Positions 24,401 to 36,100 of a stretch of DNA of 64,000 nt are shown piece after piece. The stretch's first letter is position 1, and every line of letters starts with the position of its first letter. Below the pieces are notes generated by a model, which did no database searches, was not told the DNA's origin, and worked only from the letters and a program-made list of their open reading frames with translations. The DNA is from Hormiphora californensis (lineage: Eukaryota; Animalia; Ctenophora): the NCBI GenBank assembly GCA_020137815.1, contig CM035358.1, forward strand, positions 6,138,001 through 6,202,000, in the 5' to 3' direction. The translations under genes and the position numbers were made by a program.

Positions 24401-25038
24401 CAGTCACCTACCCCAGTTATCTACCCCCAGTCACCTACCCCCAGTCACCTTCTCCCCAGTCAACTACTCCCCAGTCAACTACCCCCAGTTACCTACCCCA
24501 GTCACCTACCCCCCAGTCACCTACCCCAGTCAACTACCCCCCAGTCACCTACTCCAGTCACCTACCCCAGTTATCTACCCCCAGTCACCTAACCCAGTCA
24601 CCTACCCCAGTCACCTACCCCCAGTTATCTACCCCCAGTCACCTACCCCAGATATCTACCCCCCAGTCACCTACCCCAGTCACCTACCCCAGTCACCTAC
24701 CCCCCAGTCACCTACCCCCCAGTCAACTACCCCAGTTATCTACCCCAGTCACCTACCCCCCAGTCACCTACTCCAGTCACCTACCCCCCAGTCACCTACC
24801 CCCCAGTCACCTACCCCAGTCACCTACCCCAGTCACCTACCCCAGTTATCTACCCCAGTCACCTACCCCCCAGTCACCTACCCCAGTCACCTACCCCAGT
24901 TAGAGGGATGATCTGCTCCAAGATATTTGTTGCCTGAAGCGTCTTGGTTTCACTTGGCCGATCATTCCCTCCCCTCAATTCTTCCTCCAGAACTTTGATC
25001 TGGTATTGGAGGGAGGGCGATCGAGTGTTCAACACCAT
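5363..25038 (-). CDS. 16-exon coiled-coil protein, TSNAXIP1-like (family assignment tentative)
   Basis: GT-AG exons: 25038-24895, 23710-23589, 20386-20258, 16414-16269, 14988-14759, 13364-13271, 12532-12407, 12037-11840, 11693-11583, 11290-11175, 7613-7503, 7067-6968, 6768-6668, 6562-6309, 6135-6042, 5714-5363. All phases fit except a frameshift inside exon 4. It has a coiled-coil N-half, and FSDFLLAKYQIENLMQIVKIDVLKAISNMAPDNPLIAIFGSILAG resembles by eye the TSNAXIP1-type C-terminal region. The start codon is uncertain. Confidence 0.75.
5734..5842. mobile_element. ~110-bp MITE (CAGGAACCGACC TIR family)
   Basis: Reverse-orientation copy of the element at 42192-42301, with TIR GAACCGACCGA/TCGGTCGGTTC. 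Confidence 0.85.
7310..7378. mobile_element. ~66-bp MITE (CTGTCTGGCG TIR family)
   Basis: Same family as 20526-20608 and 46717-46782, with a near-perfect 8-bp flanking repeat (T/C)CCACTAC. Confidence 0.8.
7772..7889. repeat. Palindromic element built from CTTATAACAC...GTGTTATAAG hairpin units
   Basis: CACTGCTTGTACAACTTATAACACTGCCCAGTG ... CACTGGGCAGTGTTATAAGTTGTACAAGCAGTG. A related unit lies at about 8435-8490. Confidence 0.8.
8564..11060. mobile_element. 2.5-kb TIR element with TA target duplication (pogo-like ends) and no transposase
   Basis: TA|GGGGAGCCACAGGTAATATGGGA ... TCCCATATTACCTGTGGCTCCCC|TA. Confidence 0.9.
9689..10645 (+). CDS. LINE ORF1-like protein (coiled coil plus RRM-like domain plus CTD)
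   Basis: Intact ORF, first ATG at 9689. A heptad-rich middle is followed by NVIVHGL...RLGK...RPVKLRL...VYISPDRSPEEREERRKLV...IRGGKVV, the typical pattern of L1/CR1/L2-type ORF1p. Confidence 0.8.
   Translation: MSNASVSSFKDRLRVYSDERVRRSVYGDVQGELFDLLKDLFTLAGMKDSFPKSLTAGRGVWDGVKCPSKSKIKGIKKPDMDDFTEKVCHLLMERCYPVLDRLSIEVEETERKLLDSQEELIAAQRKLVESQDTLVKLQCQLLEKRDREITAVQSTAEKEIKSFSSVLQKGCDKALAPQRVRQAIVVATEDRSSNVIVHGLCDEPTENDLDLEHDIKGLFSYMGSCITGISSMKRLGKYKEGSDRPVKLRLCGKDFRDEVLSSKKALKNSDRHKNVYISPDRSPEEREERRKLVVALKERKEAEPGKTFGIRGGKVVEV
14507..14725. mobile_element. Palindromic MITE
   Basis: AGTCGGATTTT...AAAATCCGACT ends with a long central hairpin. An inverted near-copy lies at 29901-30120. Confidence 0.85.
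15084..16082. mobile_element. ~1-kb foldback (almost fully palindromic) element
   Basis: TA|GTAAGGTGAT...ATCACCTTAC|TA with ~450-bp inverted arms around a short centre near 15580. Confidence 0.9.
16817..16984 (+). repeat. 24-bp tandem repeat (7 copies) derived from RT-coding sequence (LVMKVFEN)
   Basis: GTTATGAAAGTCTTTGAAAACCTA repeated. The array continues at 17540-17620 straight into the RT ORF. Confidence 0.95.
16985..17539. mobile_element. 555-bp insertion with a 9-bp target duplication (possibly MULE-like, non-autonomous)
   Basis: GAAAACCTA|TTGG ... CCAA|GAAAACCTA, with hairpins near both ends. Confidence 0.65.
17540..19373 (+). mobile_element. 5'-truncated non-LTR retrotransposon (CR1/L2-like), RT ORF ending at 18901
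   Basis: QHGF, YFDFSKAFD, GVPQGSILGPLLF, YADD and DLGV RT motifs. The endonuclease domain is missing. The 3' tail is (AAAATC)3. Confidence 0.93.
20526..20608. mobile_element. Small MITE (CTGTCTGGCG family)
   Basis: CTGTCTGGCGGCGCCAGACCCCA...GGCGCCAGA, with flanks AAAAGTGA/ACAAGTGA. Confidence 0.75.
21607..22097. repeat. ~19-21-bp purine-rich minisatellite
   Basis: CCCGAGAGAG(AG)TAGAGA(T/C)A(G/A) repeated more than 20 times. Confidence 0.9.
22774..23067 (+). CDS. Nested antisense two-exon gene for a 57-aa secreted peptide precursor (neuropeptide-like)
   Basis: Exons 22774-22858 and 22979-23067, with a G|GTGAGT donor and a CTAA-type branch point plus TAG acceptor. Protein MTGLRGLLFTLLLLSVQLYIVHS-QFFDLGHMNQLQKEGANVQEDEPIGDGNGWALGQ*. 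A strong acceptor (CTAAC...CTTCTTTGTAG|CAG) lies just before the ATG. Confidence 0.65.
24146..24900 (-). repeat. 13-15-bp satellite that is the amplified 5' splice site (ACTGGG|GTAGGT)
   Basis: The minus strand reads exon ...CTAACTGGG|GTAGGT GACTGGG GTAGGT GACTGGG... for roughly 50 units. Confidence 0.92.
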
Positions 25039-25045
25039 GCTTCCC

Positions 25046-25091
<46 letters not shown>

Positions 25092-25545
25092 AGGAGAGAT
25101 ATGGGGGAAATAGAGCTGAGGGGGAGAGATGGGGAGAAAGCGGGGATACAGAGAGTAAAAGGGTATAGAGATGTGAGGTCCAAACAACAAATTTGGGTTA
25201 CAAAGTACAATATTATCATCCTGGGGAAGGGGGAGGGGGTTTACAAACGTTTCAGTACACTCAGAATCCAACCACAAACCAGCTTACTTTCTCTTTTTTC
25301 TCTGTAAGACCTGATCCCTCATCTAAAACTTTTCGACTTTAGTTTTTTTTCTCTCACTCTCTCCATCTCTCTCTCTCATCTCCCTCTCTCCTAGAATTTA
25401 AACCATCCCTATCAACTCTCATTGCAGTGTGACCGCGTGCTGTAAAACCGCACTCACTGCACGCTGCAACATGCACACGAAGCACCCCAGAGCTCCTGTA
25501 AATGTTCAGGGGGACAAACATTCCGTACATACTGGATACAGAGGT

Positions 25546-25778
<233 letters not shown>

Positions 25779-25920
25779 AATTTTTGTGTAGTATGTACTA
25801 CTTGAATACTTGAAAGAACAAGCCTCACGTCTGAAGGCTTGATTGCTTGCCACACGTTTCACAATCTCAAAGAGCAGCAGACTTGACTTGCAATGGGAGA
25901 ATAGCAAGGGAGAGAGAAGT

Positions 25921-25956
<36 letters not shown>

Positions 25957-26815
25957 AGAGAGAGTTAAAGATGGAGGGGGAAGAGAATGGAAAAAAAGAT
26001 AGAGTGGACGAAAACGGACCAATGGTTTTAGTTGAATGCATATCCGTCGGCGTTCGGCAAAGACGATACTCTGTATCCTTTTAAGACTTGATTCGCTTTT
26101 TCACTGTTCATCACTCATTCACTATCTCTCTCTCACTCTCTCTATCTTCTCTCCCTGTCTCTCTCTCTCTCATCCAAGCATTGCCGATTTCTTATCTCAT
26201 GTATCATGCAATTCATGAATGCTTCTTACTTCGTGTACCGGCTTATTAGAAGTAGTGCTGAGCTGAGCTGAGGTTGACACGAACAAACAACAATTGTGAC
26301 ATTGTGACAGACAAACAAACTTGACAACCAGACAGCACAGTTTTACAAACAGACAAACAAACTTGATAGCAGACACACAGAAATACTAACACGTGATGAG
26401 ATGAAGAAAGAGAGTATGAAATCACTTGTTAGATCTCTAACAACAAGCACATGTGGTAAAAAGACACAACTTCACAGTTCTCAGAGTTTAAAATCAGTTA
26501 TGTATTTACAATCTGAATATAGGATAAAATATCAAAAAATGAGGAAAGTATTGTACCCCCTAAGGACTAACCCAGTAACCCATTGGATAATTATAGTAAT
26601 GACTACTTTCTGTTGCCTACCATTCTACTAAAATAAACCATGCCCCATACCGCCTGACTAATTACATTCTCACCCTAACAAAATAGGTATTATATAAGTA
26701 CATCGCTACATTGATTGTTCACGTTAGGAAAGTATACATTAGTGGATATCATCACTTCGTTACCAATGGCAACATCAAACTCCCAGAGATTCAACAAGTT
26801 GCTATGGAAAACGTA

Positions 26816-29164
26816 TCACTCATTCCTCCACCTATAGTTAGACCGTCCCCCATCGACACCCTTCTTCTTCCGCTTGCTACTCAAGCTGGACCCGGGTATC
26901 GTTTTGGTAATATCAAACACCTTGACGCTACTCCTAGCAGCCACCATCTCCCTATCCTCCCTACCCAAAGACCAGGGTGACGGATCAGGTAGTCGGCAAG
27001 CCATCTCAGATCTGACATGGGCACTAGACATTTGGTAAGATGTCAAGGGTGACTTCTTCCGTGGCCGAGTCGTTGTCCGGTTATTTCCCGGAACCCCAGT
27101 TGGAGTTTCCCGTCTATTATCTGAACCTCGTTTAGATCTATGGCTGATAAAATCGTTCAATTCTCGTTTAAAGACCTCTGAGGTGTCCGGTGAAAACAAA
27201 TTACTATATGACCGTACTTTAGGTACCCGTTTCTTCTTAGTAGCTACCTGGTTAGGTGCAGAGGGCTGCTTGACCACACTCTGCCTGCTGACCTGTTGTA
27301 ACCTTCCCTTGCTGGTTAGTTTACCCGACTCTGGATAACTCAGCTGTGTTTGACGCTTCACTTTGTAAAGTGGTCGAGGTTGGAGAGGGGGCCGGAGGTT
27401 TATCGGTCGGCTAAGCACTGTATTTCCCTTCTTTGGTACTTTCTTTATAGAGGGCTTAGTGGACGGTCTACTAGGTGGAGCAGGGGGTGGTGTTGGTTGG
27501 TCCAATACAGGCATCGTCTTGTAGGAATGTTTTTCAAGGTCGGCCGGTGCAGATTCAACTGTTACAGCACGTGCCTCATCCTCCTCTTTGTCACCTATCT
27601 CTGTAGACATGACACTCAGTTCAGTAGCCAGTGATTCGGGTTGTAGTGTCGTTACCGTCTCTTCCGAGGGAATGCTCTCAATCTCAAGGGAGGACTCGAT
27701 TGCAGGCACTTCAGTGAGTAATGAAGTGTCTTGATCAGGCGTGGGATGTCCGAAAACTGCAGGGTTGGGCTCCGGAGGTGCCAAAGGAAGAGTATCCTCT
27801 ATAGCAGGTGCTAACTCCTCCGGCGGAACGACAGGTTCCTGCTTCACAATCGCCTGGTCACTACTTGCCTCCTCAGATGCAAATGAAATCTCGGTGGGAA
27901 TGCTGGATTCTGAACTGTCTGGCTGTTTTGAGAGGGGAGCGGACACTGACCTCCTTGTTCCCCCCACCGACAAGGATGACATTTTAGAGTTCAGATTTTG
28001 TTGTGAATTCTTCCTGGCCACACTGTTCGGCACGCACAGCTGTGAGGGCTCCTTACGAGGCTGTGTTTTAGTGTGGACAACTGGTCCAATACTCCTGCTA
28101 CTGGCCCACGTTTTAGCATCCATGTCGGAACTACTGCAACTCTCCTCAGACACTGTCCCCTCTGAGTCAGATCTACACACACTCCACCCGATTAGATTTA
28201 GCAACTGTTTAATGTTTGACCCAATGTCACCCTGAATAAAAATGTCATTTTTCCGCCGCTTCCCTAAAAAAGGTCCCACTGCGTCTCGGTTTAGTAGGAC
28301 CCGAGGGGTCCGTTTAGGGACCGCATCCACGAGTTCTGAGAACGGTTCGACATTGAGTGAGGTTCCCATGATAATCAGCAGATCACACTTTTCAAAATCC
28401 TTGGGATAGAGATAAAATTTCTTGGGTAGGTCCTCCCCAAACATGACAATGTCAGGTTTCACAAATCCTGTGCATCCCTTTTTCCTGCAATTAGGGACCT
28501 TCTTCTCTAAAATAAGTTTTTCAGTCCAGTGAGGAGAGTAGGCAGAAAAACACTTACAGCAGGACGCTGTATCCATCGTGCCGTGGGCCTCGACCAGTCG
28601 AGTTGATGAAATCCCGCTCTTTTTCTCTAAACCATCGATATTTTGAGTGTACATTCGAAGAAGTTGGCCCCGGTTTTCCAACATTTTGCAAAACTCGTGA
28701 ATAATGTTTGGTCTTTTGTCTGTCTGGATGAAATCTCGAATAATATCTAAAAACGGATGAGGGTCCTTCAGGAAGTACTGCAAGTCAAATACGTCAGTTG
28801 GCTGGCTGACATTGTACTTTCGGGTGTTGTAGTAGAGGCCAGTACCGGGCGATCGAAAATCAGGAATTCCACTTGCGGTGGAAATCCCTGCCCCTGCCAT
28901 AACTATAATATCCTTGCATCTTCTCTGTCGGAGGTATTCGGCTAAACGGCGGATAGGCTCTGGATATTTTAGACTTTTCACTGAGTACTGGGATGAACGG
29001 CTGGAACTGCTCTGAAATTGGGAGGATTTTGTGAGTTCGGGTCAAACGAGACATAATCTGTAGAACTTAAAATATTTCGGTTAAACTATTCAGACTTCTA
29101 CCTCATGGCCAGACTTCGAACGACATCCGTTCCTCATGGGCCCTTTGGTGACATGGGGTGGCAT
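26816..29164 (-). CDS. Class I (SIRT2/SIRT3-like) NAD-dependent deacetylase with a long low-complexity C-terminal tail
   Basis: GAGISTASGIPDFRSPGTGLY, YTQNIDGLE, AHG, two Cys pairs, KPDIVMFGE and GTSLNVEPF. Probable exons 29164-29102 (MPPHVT...) and 29011-26816. The first exon is less certain. Confidence 0.93.
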
Positions 29165-29851
29165 CACATCTCACAAGATCACCATTCACCTCCTCCTCTC
29201 TAGACGCCTTACAGAGGGGTTAAGTGACGATAATGGCAGAATTAAATAATAATCCGTACGAAATTGGCGAACAAATACTTAGTAAGCAGAACGGGGAATT
29301 GAGTAGAGTAGATTTTCTAACAGCTAAAAAGGTCCTACTAATCCGATAAGGAACGATAAGGTCGTGGATTGTGGAGGGGAGCCCCCGAGCCGACAAAGGA
29401 AAACAACAACAAAAACGGAGGACCGTTTTTGACTTTAGGGGGGGGGGGGCGCCGTTACGATCTGGGTGTTTGGTGGCCTATTTACAGGTGCACGCTGCCA
29501 AAAACGTTGATTCACTAAAATGGCTCTAGCCGCCAAACCACTAAACCGTTTTGGCTAATTCAAAGTTTATCTGGTAGGAAATGTCAAGGCCTAACCCCAA
29601 TCAAAACCCCAACCCTAACCCTAACCATACTTTAGCCCTAACCCTAAAAACCGTTTGTCAGCACTCACGAAACACCCAGATTTTAACGCTGGGGAAGAGA
29701 GTGATGAAATCGAAAGTTGAAAATGCGCGTGAATTTGCAGCGAACTTGTCCAAAGATTTCGCGTGTGCGCTTACTTCATATGAAATGCGGCGCGTCGAAC
29801 AAAATTCAAAATTTCCACGAACGCGCGCGAACAGCCTCCTGAAAAAAAATA

Positions 29852-30365
29852 GGGATCCCTAAAAAAGTTCAGTATTTACACAGAGTTTACACAGTCTTTA
29901 AAGTCGGATTTTTTGAAACTGTCACCCCCCTGAAATAACAAATTTGTCATATCTCCGGTTCCTGATAAGATAGAGACTTGAAATTTGGAGGTTCGGAAGA
30001 ACTTAGCAAGATCTTTATAACCTCCAAATTTCAAGTCTCTATCTCATCAGGAACCGGACTTATGGTCATTTAAAGAAATTTGAAAACTCAGGGGGGTGAC
30101 AGTTTCAAAAAATCCGACTTTACTCAGTCGTTACACCCAGAGCGGCGCGTGCTGCGCACAGTGGCTTTTTTCAAGAAAATATTGGATTGTGTGCTGCACA
30201 ATTGACAAAATTGAGCGCTGCGGCGAAAAAAGTTTGCGAAAACGCTGCAAATCGAGTGCGAAAGACGCAGTCGTTACACCCAGAGCGGCGCGGGCGCTCT
30301 GGGTGTAACGACTGAGTAAAGACTGTGTAAACTCTGTGTAAATACTGAACTTTTTTAGGGATCCC
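29852..30365. mobile_element. Three stacked palindromic MITEs
   Basis: Outer arms GGGATCCCTAAAAAAG...CAGTCTT / AAGACTG...AGGGATCCC enclose inner palindromes at 29901-30120 and 30123-30316, each bounded by TA. Confidence 0.88.
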
Positions 30366-30880
30366 TATGCAAGTGTTTTTTTATCAAAAAGGCAAACTTT
30401 GTTACGTTTTTAGCTCTCACAGGCTTGTCAACCTCTGTTAAACAATTCAAATATGTCCAGCACGAATATTATTATTTTATCAGGCCCTAACAAGGTTTTT
30501 GAAGCCTAAGATTCTGTTTTTTGCGATATCGTCGAGGGCGCTTCCAGATCGACGGCAAAGTTATGGTTTGTAACCACTGTTCAGCACCAAGGACAGGGAA
30601 CGGGAGCTTCAATGCACCCTGCACTAGCCAGCTTCCTGCTTCGTAAAAGAAGAGGTGTTCCTTCGCCCTGATGATTTAGCCCCAGTTTGATAGATTACAA
30701 CCAGGATCCTGGATGGTGCAAATTGTCGCGTTTAAGAGCTCTGTCGTTTTAATCCTGAGATCTGAGTTTTTCTCTGTTTTGTGTTTATCTCTTAGTTATA
30801 TTGAGTCAATTTGCTGAGTATCAAATATAACAATTTAGTTGAATTTATTTGCTGAAATATTTTACTTTTAGCTCAGAAAT

Positions 30881-33800
30881 ATGGAGTGTTTGATCGGTAT
30901 CAAAGGGAAGGACTTTGTGTTAGTTGCTTCAGACAACATGGCTGCCCACAGCATTATCGCCATCAAACACGACGCCCAGAAACAATTTGAACTGAGCGAC
31001 AAAATGGTAAGAAAACTGTTGCCTTAAATAAACCTCTCACTGACACAGTTTGTAAACTTGACCCACCTTTAAAGTATAATGACTTGCCGATAAGTATTTT
31101 ATATTCGCATTATATTACACTCATTCAGGTTATGGCAGTAAGCGGGGACGCTGGCGATATGACCAATTATGCAGAGTATATTCAGAAGAATTTGAAACTC
31201 TACGAGATGGTCCAGGGATATAAACTTTCACCAAATGCAGCTGCTAACTTTTCCAGAAAGGTATTTATCGTGTTGCATTGTATCACTGATTTACCACTGA
31301 ATTATCGTTTTGTATCACTGATTTACCACTGAATTATCGTGTTGTACAAAGTGAAACAAGCGGTTTCAGAGAACTTTGTACTATACTACTCCAGGGTTTC
31401 GACCTTGTTGAGTACTCTGTTCTGTCGGGACATACCAAAAACAAGTGAATTATCGTGTTGTATAAGATTATTAATTCCCAACAGCTTTTATGCTTCCACC
31501 GATTTCATTGGGGTACCTCTGTTGTCAGGTGCTAGCTAAGGCCCTCCGATCCAGCCCTTATATGGTCAACCTACTGCTGGCTGGTGTAGATGATAATGGC
31601 GAGCCCTCTCTATACTTCATGGACTACCTAGCATCAATGGCCAAGGTGCACAATCGTTTATTTTATTTGAAAACCAGTCCTGCAAATTTCATAGCAATGT
31701 AGAATTTAGTGAGTTTGATTTAAGGGTACACCTCGGCAAAATTTTTGTCGAGTGCCCGCTTAGCTCTCCATATGGGGTTGTAGGGCATACCAAGCCGACC
31801 TCAAATATGCAATTTTAGCCCTTAACTCGAATTCATATTTTTGCTACAGCCCCTCAAAGTTTGACCCTAAAAACCGGTTTTTAAGGTCCCTAAATTATAT
31901 TTTTAGGGCTAGAAAGCTGAAAATTTAGGGATTCATAGAGGATACCAAGGTGTATAGCTCAAACAGAAATTTTTTGAAATGGAGCTCAATTTTTTGTCTG
32001 AGACTATTTTACTTTTTTTTGACTTTGAGGCCATATTTGGACATGTTCCTATGGACCGTTAAGGCTAAAAATTGGATATTAGGTGCTCCTAACAATTGTC
32101 AAAGTAGCCACAAATTTTCAGGAGGTCCGAATTTGAAATGTGGCCTACAGGTTTCTTCTTGTAAAGCACATATTTTAGGAAAACTTAAAATGGCTATATC
32201 TCAAAAATGGTAGGTCCTAGCGATCTAATTTCGTGCTAAATCGATTCAGCGGGTCCGATTTTGGGGGGGTCGTCTCTTAGACATTTTGCTCTAAGTCTAA
32301 CCGCTTTTTCAGAAATCGTATTTTAAGGTTTGTACATGTTTAGCAGAAATGCTTCTAGCTAGAGCTAATCTTACCTATTTCTGCTAAACATGTACAAACC
32401 TTAAAATACGATTTCTGAAAAAGCGGTTAGACTTAGAGCAAAATGTCTAAGAGACGACCCCCCCAAAATTGGACCCGCTGAATCGATTTAGCACGAAATT
32501 AGATCGCTAGGACCTACCATTTTTGAGATATAGCCATTTTAAGTTTTCCTAAAATATGTGCTTTACAAGAAGAAACCTGTAGGCCACATTTCAAATTCGG
32601 ACCTCCTGAAAATTTGTGGCTACTTTGACAATTGGGGGGGTTCCCATGGTATACTTTGGTATACTTTGGCACTTTCCACAACTTTTTCAGCGATTTTCCA
32701 TATACCAAAGTATACCAAAGTATACCAAAATATACCAAGGTATACCAAAGTATACCATACAAATTTTGAAAAAGGTAAAATTTAAGCGATAAGATAAAAT
32801 AATTGACTAAATTTGTAAAACTACATCCTTATTTCGTTCTAAATTGGTAATATAAAGCTTATTAAACTGATTTTTACGTATGTTACATCATCCGGCTAGT
32901 GCACAAGGCTGGCCACTCAGTGGCCAGGGGTTCAATTCCCGGTTGAGGCAATTTTTGAAAAATTTTTAGAGACTTTACCAAATACTATTTGAACTTTTTC
33001 TTGACTTTTTAAAAAGTTTTTTATCGCACTCAAATGAGTCCCAATGTGTCAAACCCCAGTTTTGTGACTCATCATTTCATAGGCAAAATAAGTTTCCTCG
33101 ATTCCATGAAATTAGCAAATTTAGCCTAGTTAACCTCAAGTTTATGAGTTAAGAAAGTTTATACAAACTGTTTTAAAGCCTTAATTATTGTAAATTAACA
33201 CTTTAAAGTACGTAAAGCTATTAAAAAGATATGGTATACTTTGGTATACTTTGGTACCTTCCACATATTTTTTTGGAATTTTCCATATGCCAAAGTATAC
33301 CAAAGTATACCAAAGTATACCATGGGAACCCCCCCTGACAATTGTTAGGAGCACCTAATATCCAATTTTTAGCCTTAACGGTCCATAGGAACATGTCCAA
33401 ATATGGCCTCAAAGTCAAAAAAAGTAAAATAGTCTCAGACAAAAAATTGAGCTCCATTTCAAAAAATTTCTGTTTGAGCTATACACCTTGGTATCCTCTA
33501 TGAATCCCTAAATTTTCAGCTTTCTAGCCCTAAAAATATAATTTAGGGACCTTAAAAACCGGTTTTTAGGGTCAAACTTTGAGGGGCTGTAGCAAAAATA
33601 TGAATTCGAGTTAAGGGCTAAAATTGCATATTTGAGGTCGGCTTGGTATGCCCTACAACCCCATATGGAGAGCTAAGCGGGCACTCGACAAAAATTTTGC
33701 CGAGGTGTACCCTTAAATATTCATCGGAGTCTCCGACGAATATTTAAAATTCTCGGAGAAATTTCTAGAAGCCCTGTCATGTGAATGTATTTAACCTCTT

Positions 33801-35110
33801 TATAAAGAACTATTGTATAGCACCTTTATAAAGATCTTTATAGTAGAGGAAAAACTGCCCAAAAATAAGCCAAAAAGGCAACTAATTGTTATAAAAGCGA
33901 AAACCACTCTACCCGACTAATTTTGATACGCTGAATCCAATGAGCAACTTACGCAAGCGCTCAGAGGTGGAGAAAGTGCCCTAATTGGCCATAATTGGGT
34001 ACCTGTATTTTCAGCCTGATGCCAAAACCATAAGTACCCTTAAAATAGGAGTAAAGAAAAATTTGAGGGCACTAAAGTGATCAGCGTCCTCGCATTAGTG
34101 GGGGTAGGTGCCGGAATTAAGTCTCTAGCTCATCTGGTTAATTGAATAATTGGATAATTAGATATGCGCATTTATGGTTATAACCGTATTTTGGCTATAT
34201 GGCTATAGCCACTTAGGAATGGTTTAGAGACGTTTCATTGGTGCCATTTTGTAGGCAATGGCCAAGTTATGGGGGGTCGACGTCGGACTTCTAAGCTCTA
34301 TCTTCAACCGTTTAGCCGTTATTTGGCTTTAAAGGTACTCAAAATCGGGCTTTTTACCGTTTTTCGCTCATTTTGAGTACCTTTAACGCCAAATAACGGC
34401 TAAACGGTTGAAGATAGAGCTTAGAAGTCCGACGTCGACCCCCCATAACTTGGCCATTGCCTACAAAATGGCACCAATGAAACGTCTCTAAACCATTCCT
34501 AAGTGGCTATAGCTATATAGCCAAAATACGTTTATGCGCATATCTAATTATCCAATTATTCAATTAACCAGATGAGATAGAGCCTTAATTCCGGCACCTA
34601 CCCCCACTAATGCGAGGACGCTGATCACTTTAGTGCCCTCAGATTTGCCTTTACTCCTATTTTAAGGGTACTTATGGTTTTGGCCTCAGGCTGAAAATAC
34701 AGGTACCCAATTATGGCCAATTAGGGCACTTTCTCCACCTCTGAGCGCTTGCGTAAGTTGCTCATTGGATTCAGCATATCAAAATTAGTCGGGTAGAGTG
34801 GTTTTCGCTTTTATAACAATTAGTTGCCTAAATTTTTCAGTTTTTCCTCTACTATTAGAAGAATTACTATTACAACTACAATTTGAGTTCTATTTGAATC
34901 TTACCAAATTCCAGTCATGTAGATTTGAAAACTACATACCTTCAGGAAAACTATGCTGCTCACGGCTACGGTTCATTCTTCATTCTCTCCACTATGGATC
35001 GGTATTACAAAGAGGACATGACGAAGGATGAGGCCCTTGAACTTCTCAAGAAATGTATCAAGGAAGTCCAGAGTCGGTTTATCGTTAACCTAAATGCGTT
35101 CAGTGTGAAG
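30881..35110 (+). CDS. PSMB2: Proteasome subunit beta type-2 (exons 1-4; last exon probably ~36641-36699 with apparent indels)
   Basis: [18 protein letters not shown]..., [39 protein letters not shown] and [17 protein letters not shown]. Exons 30881-31006, 31129-31260, 31529-31645, 34946-35110. Confidence 0.96.
31724..33712. mobile_element. 2-kb foldback element with TTAA target duplication (Kolobok-like ends)
   Basis: TTAA|GGGTACACCTCGGC ... GCCGAGGTGTACCC|TTAA, with ~375-bp TIRs plus internal inverted repeats. Confidence 0.9.
33843..34852. mobile_element. ~1-kb foldback element related internally to 15084-16082
   Basis: TA|GTAGAGGAAAAACTG ... CAGTTTTTCCTCTAC|TA, nearly fully palindromic. 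Confidence 0.9.
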
Positions 35111-35825
35111 GTAATTTGTGTACTGGAAAGGGGTGAGGGTTGGGTAATGTGTACTGTAATTTCGGTTGAGTTAGTTGCTTCCATTAAATTCTTTTTCTGT
35201 CCCTCTCTCCTCTCTATCCCTCGCTCTATATGTATATCTCTCTCCCTTCCTTTCTCCCTTTCCCTCTCTCTATCCTTCTCGCCCTCTCTCTCTGCCCCCA
35301 TCTCTGAGTTTACCCCCCTCTAACTACCGCCCCGGAAAACACTGGCCCATTAGGTTTTGGGACCCGTACGTCTTACATAAAACATCACTTTCCGGCCCCA
35401 AAAGTTACCCTTCTCTCTCAAAATGAAAAGCGGTGAATTTATTAAAGACCAACTTAAGTCACGTTGGTACTATTGCTTGTACTGAGTATCCGTCCCACGT
35501 ACTAAAAACTCTCTGTAATTGTGTGCCATGCTTGTGTAGCTCACACTGTATGTCACGGTGGTAAATGAGTTTCTGTCTATCTGAATATATCCCTCCAGTA
35601 GGAGCAGTTCCATAGAAGAACTGCGTGTGTAACTGAATATAATGTGTGTGCTTGAGATATATCTATAGATATCTCAGTACTACTACTTGTCTTGTTCAGA
35701 CTGTCTCTCGCAGAGCCCCGGTAATACAAACAACAATACGGCCACACTTCATACTTGATATATCCCCGTCCCCCGGTAATAACAACAGTATGAATGAATG
35801 ATGAAGTACGGCCACACGTCATAAT

Positions 35826-36100
35826 GTTGGTTTGGTTTGGTTTGGTTTGGTTTGGTTTGGTTTGGTTTGGTTTGGTTTGGTTTGGTTTGATTTGATTTGG
35901 TTTGGTTTGGTTTGGTTTAGTTTGGTTTGGTTTGGTTTGGTTTGGTTTGGTTTGGTTTGGTTTGGTTTGGTTTGGTTTGGTTTGGTTTGGTTTGGTTTGG
36001 TTTGATTTGATTTGATTTGATTTGATAATGATTTGATAATGATTTGATAATGATTTGATTTGATTATCGGTTTGGTTTGATTTGATTTGATTTGGTTTGG
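35826..36100. repeat. (TTTGG)n/(TTTGA)n microsatellite
   Basis: Pentanucleotide run. Confidence 0.95.

Noticed and set aside
24105-24911. Pro/Thr/Tyr-rich 260-aa ORFs, and similar low-complexity ORFs at 204-596, 21535-22226, 25454-25907, 35577-36128 and 52283-52649
   Set aside because: These are translations of tandem repeats or microsatellites.
29590-29646. Telomere-like CCCTAA repeats
   Set aside because: They are few, degenerate and interstitial, which is common in invertebrate repeats.
32890-32950. tRNA-like fragment with a B-box (GGTTCAATTCCC) and a TGGCCAC-TCA-GTGGCCA hairpin
   Set aside because: There is no D arm, acceptor stem or 7-nt anticodon loop, so it is not tRNA-Sec. At most it is a relic inside a transposon.
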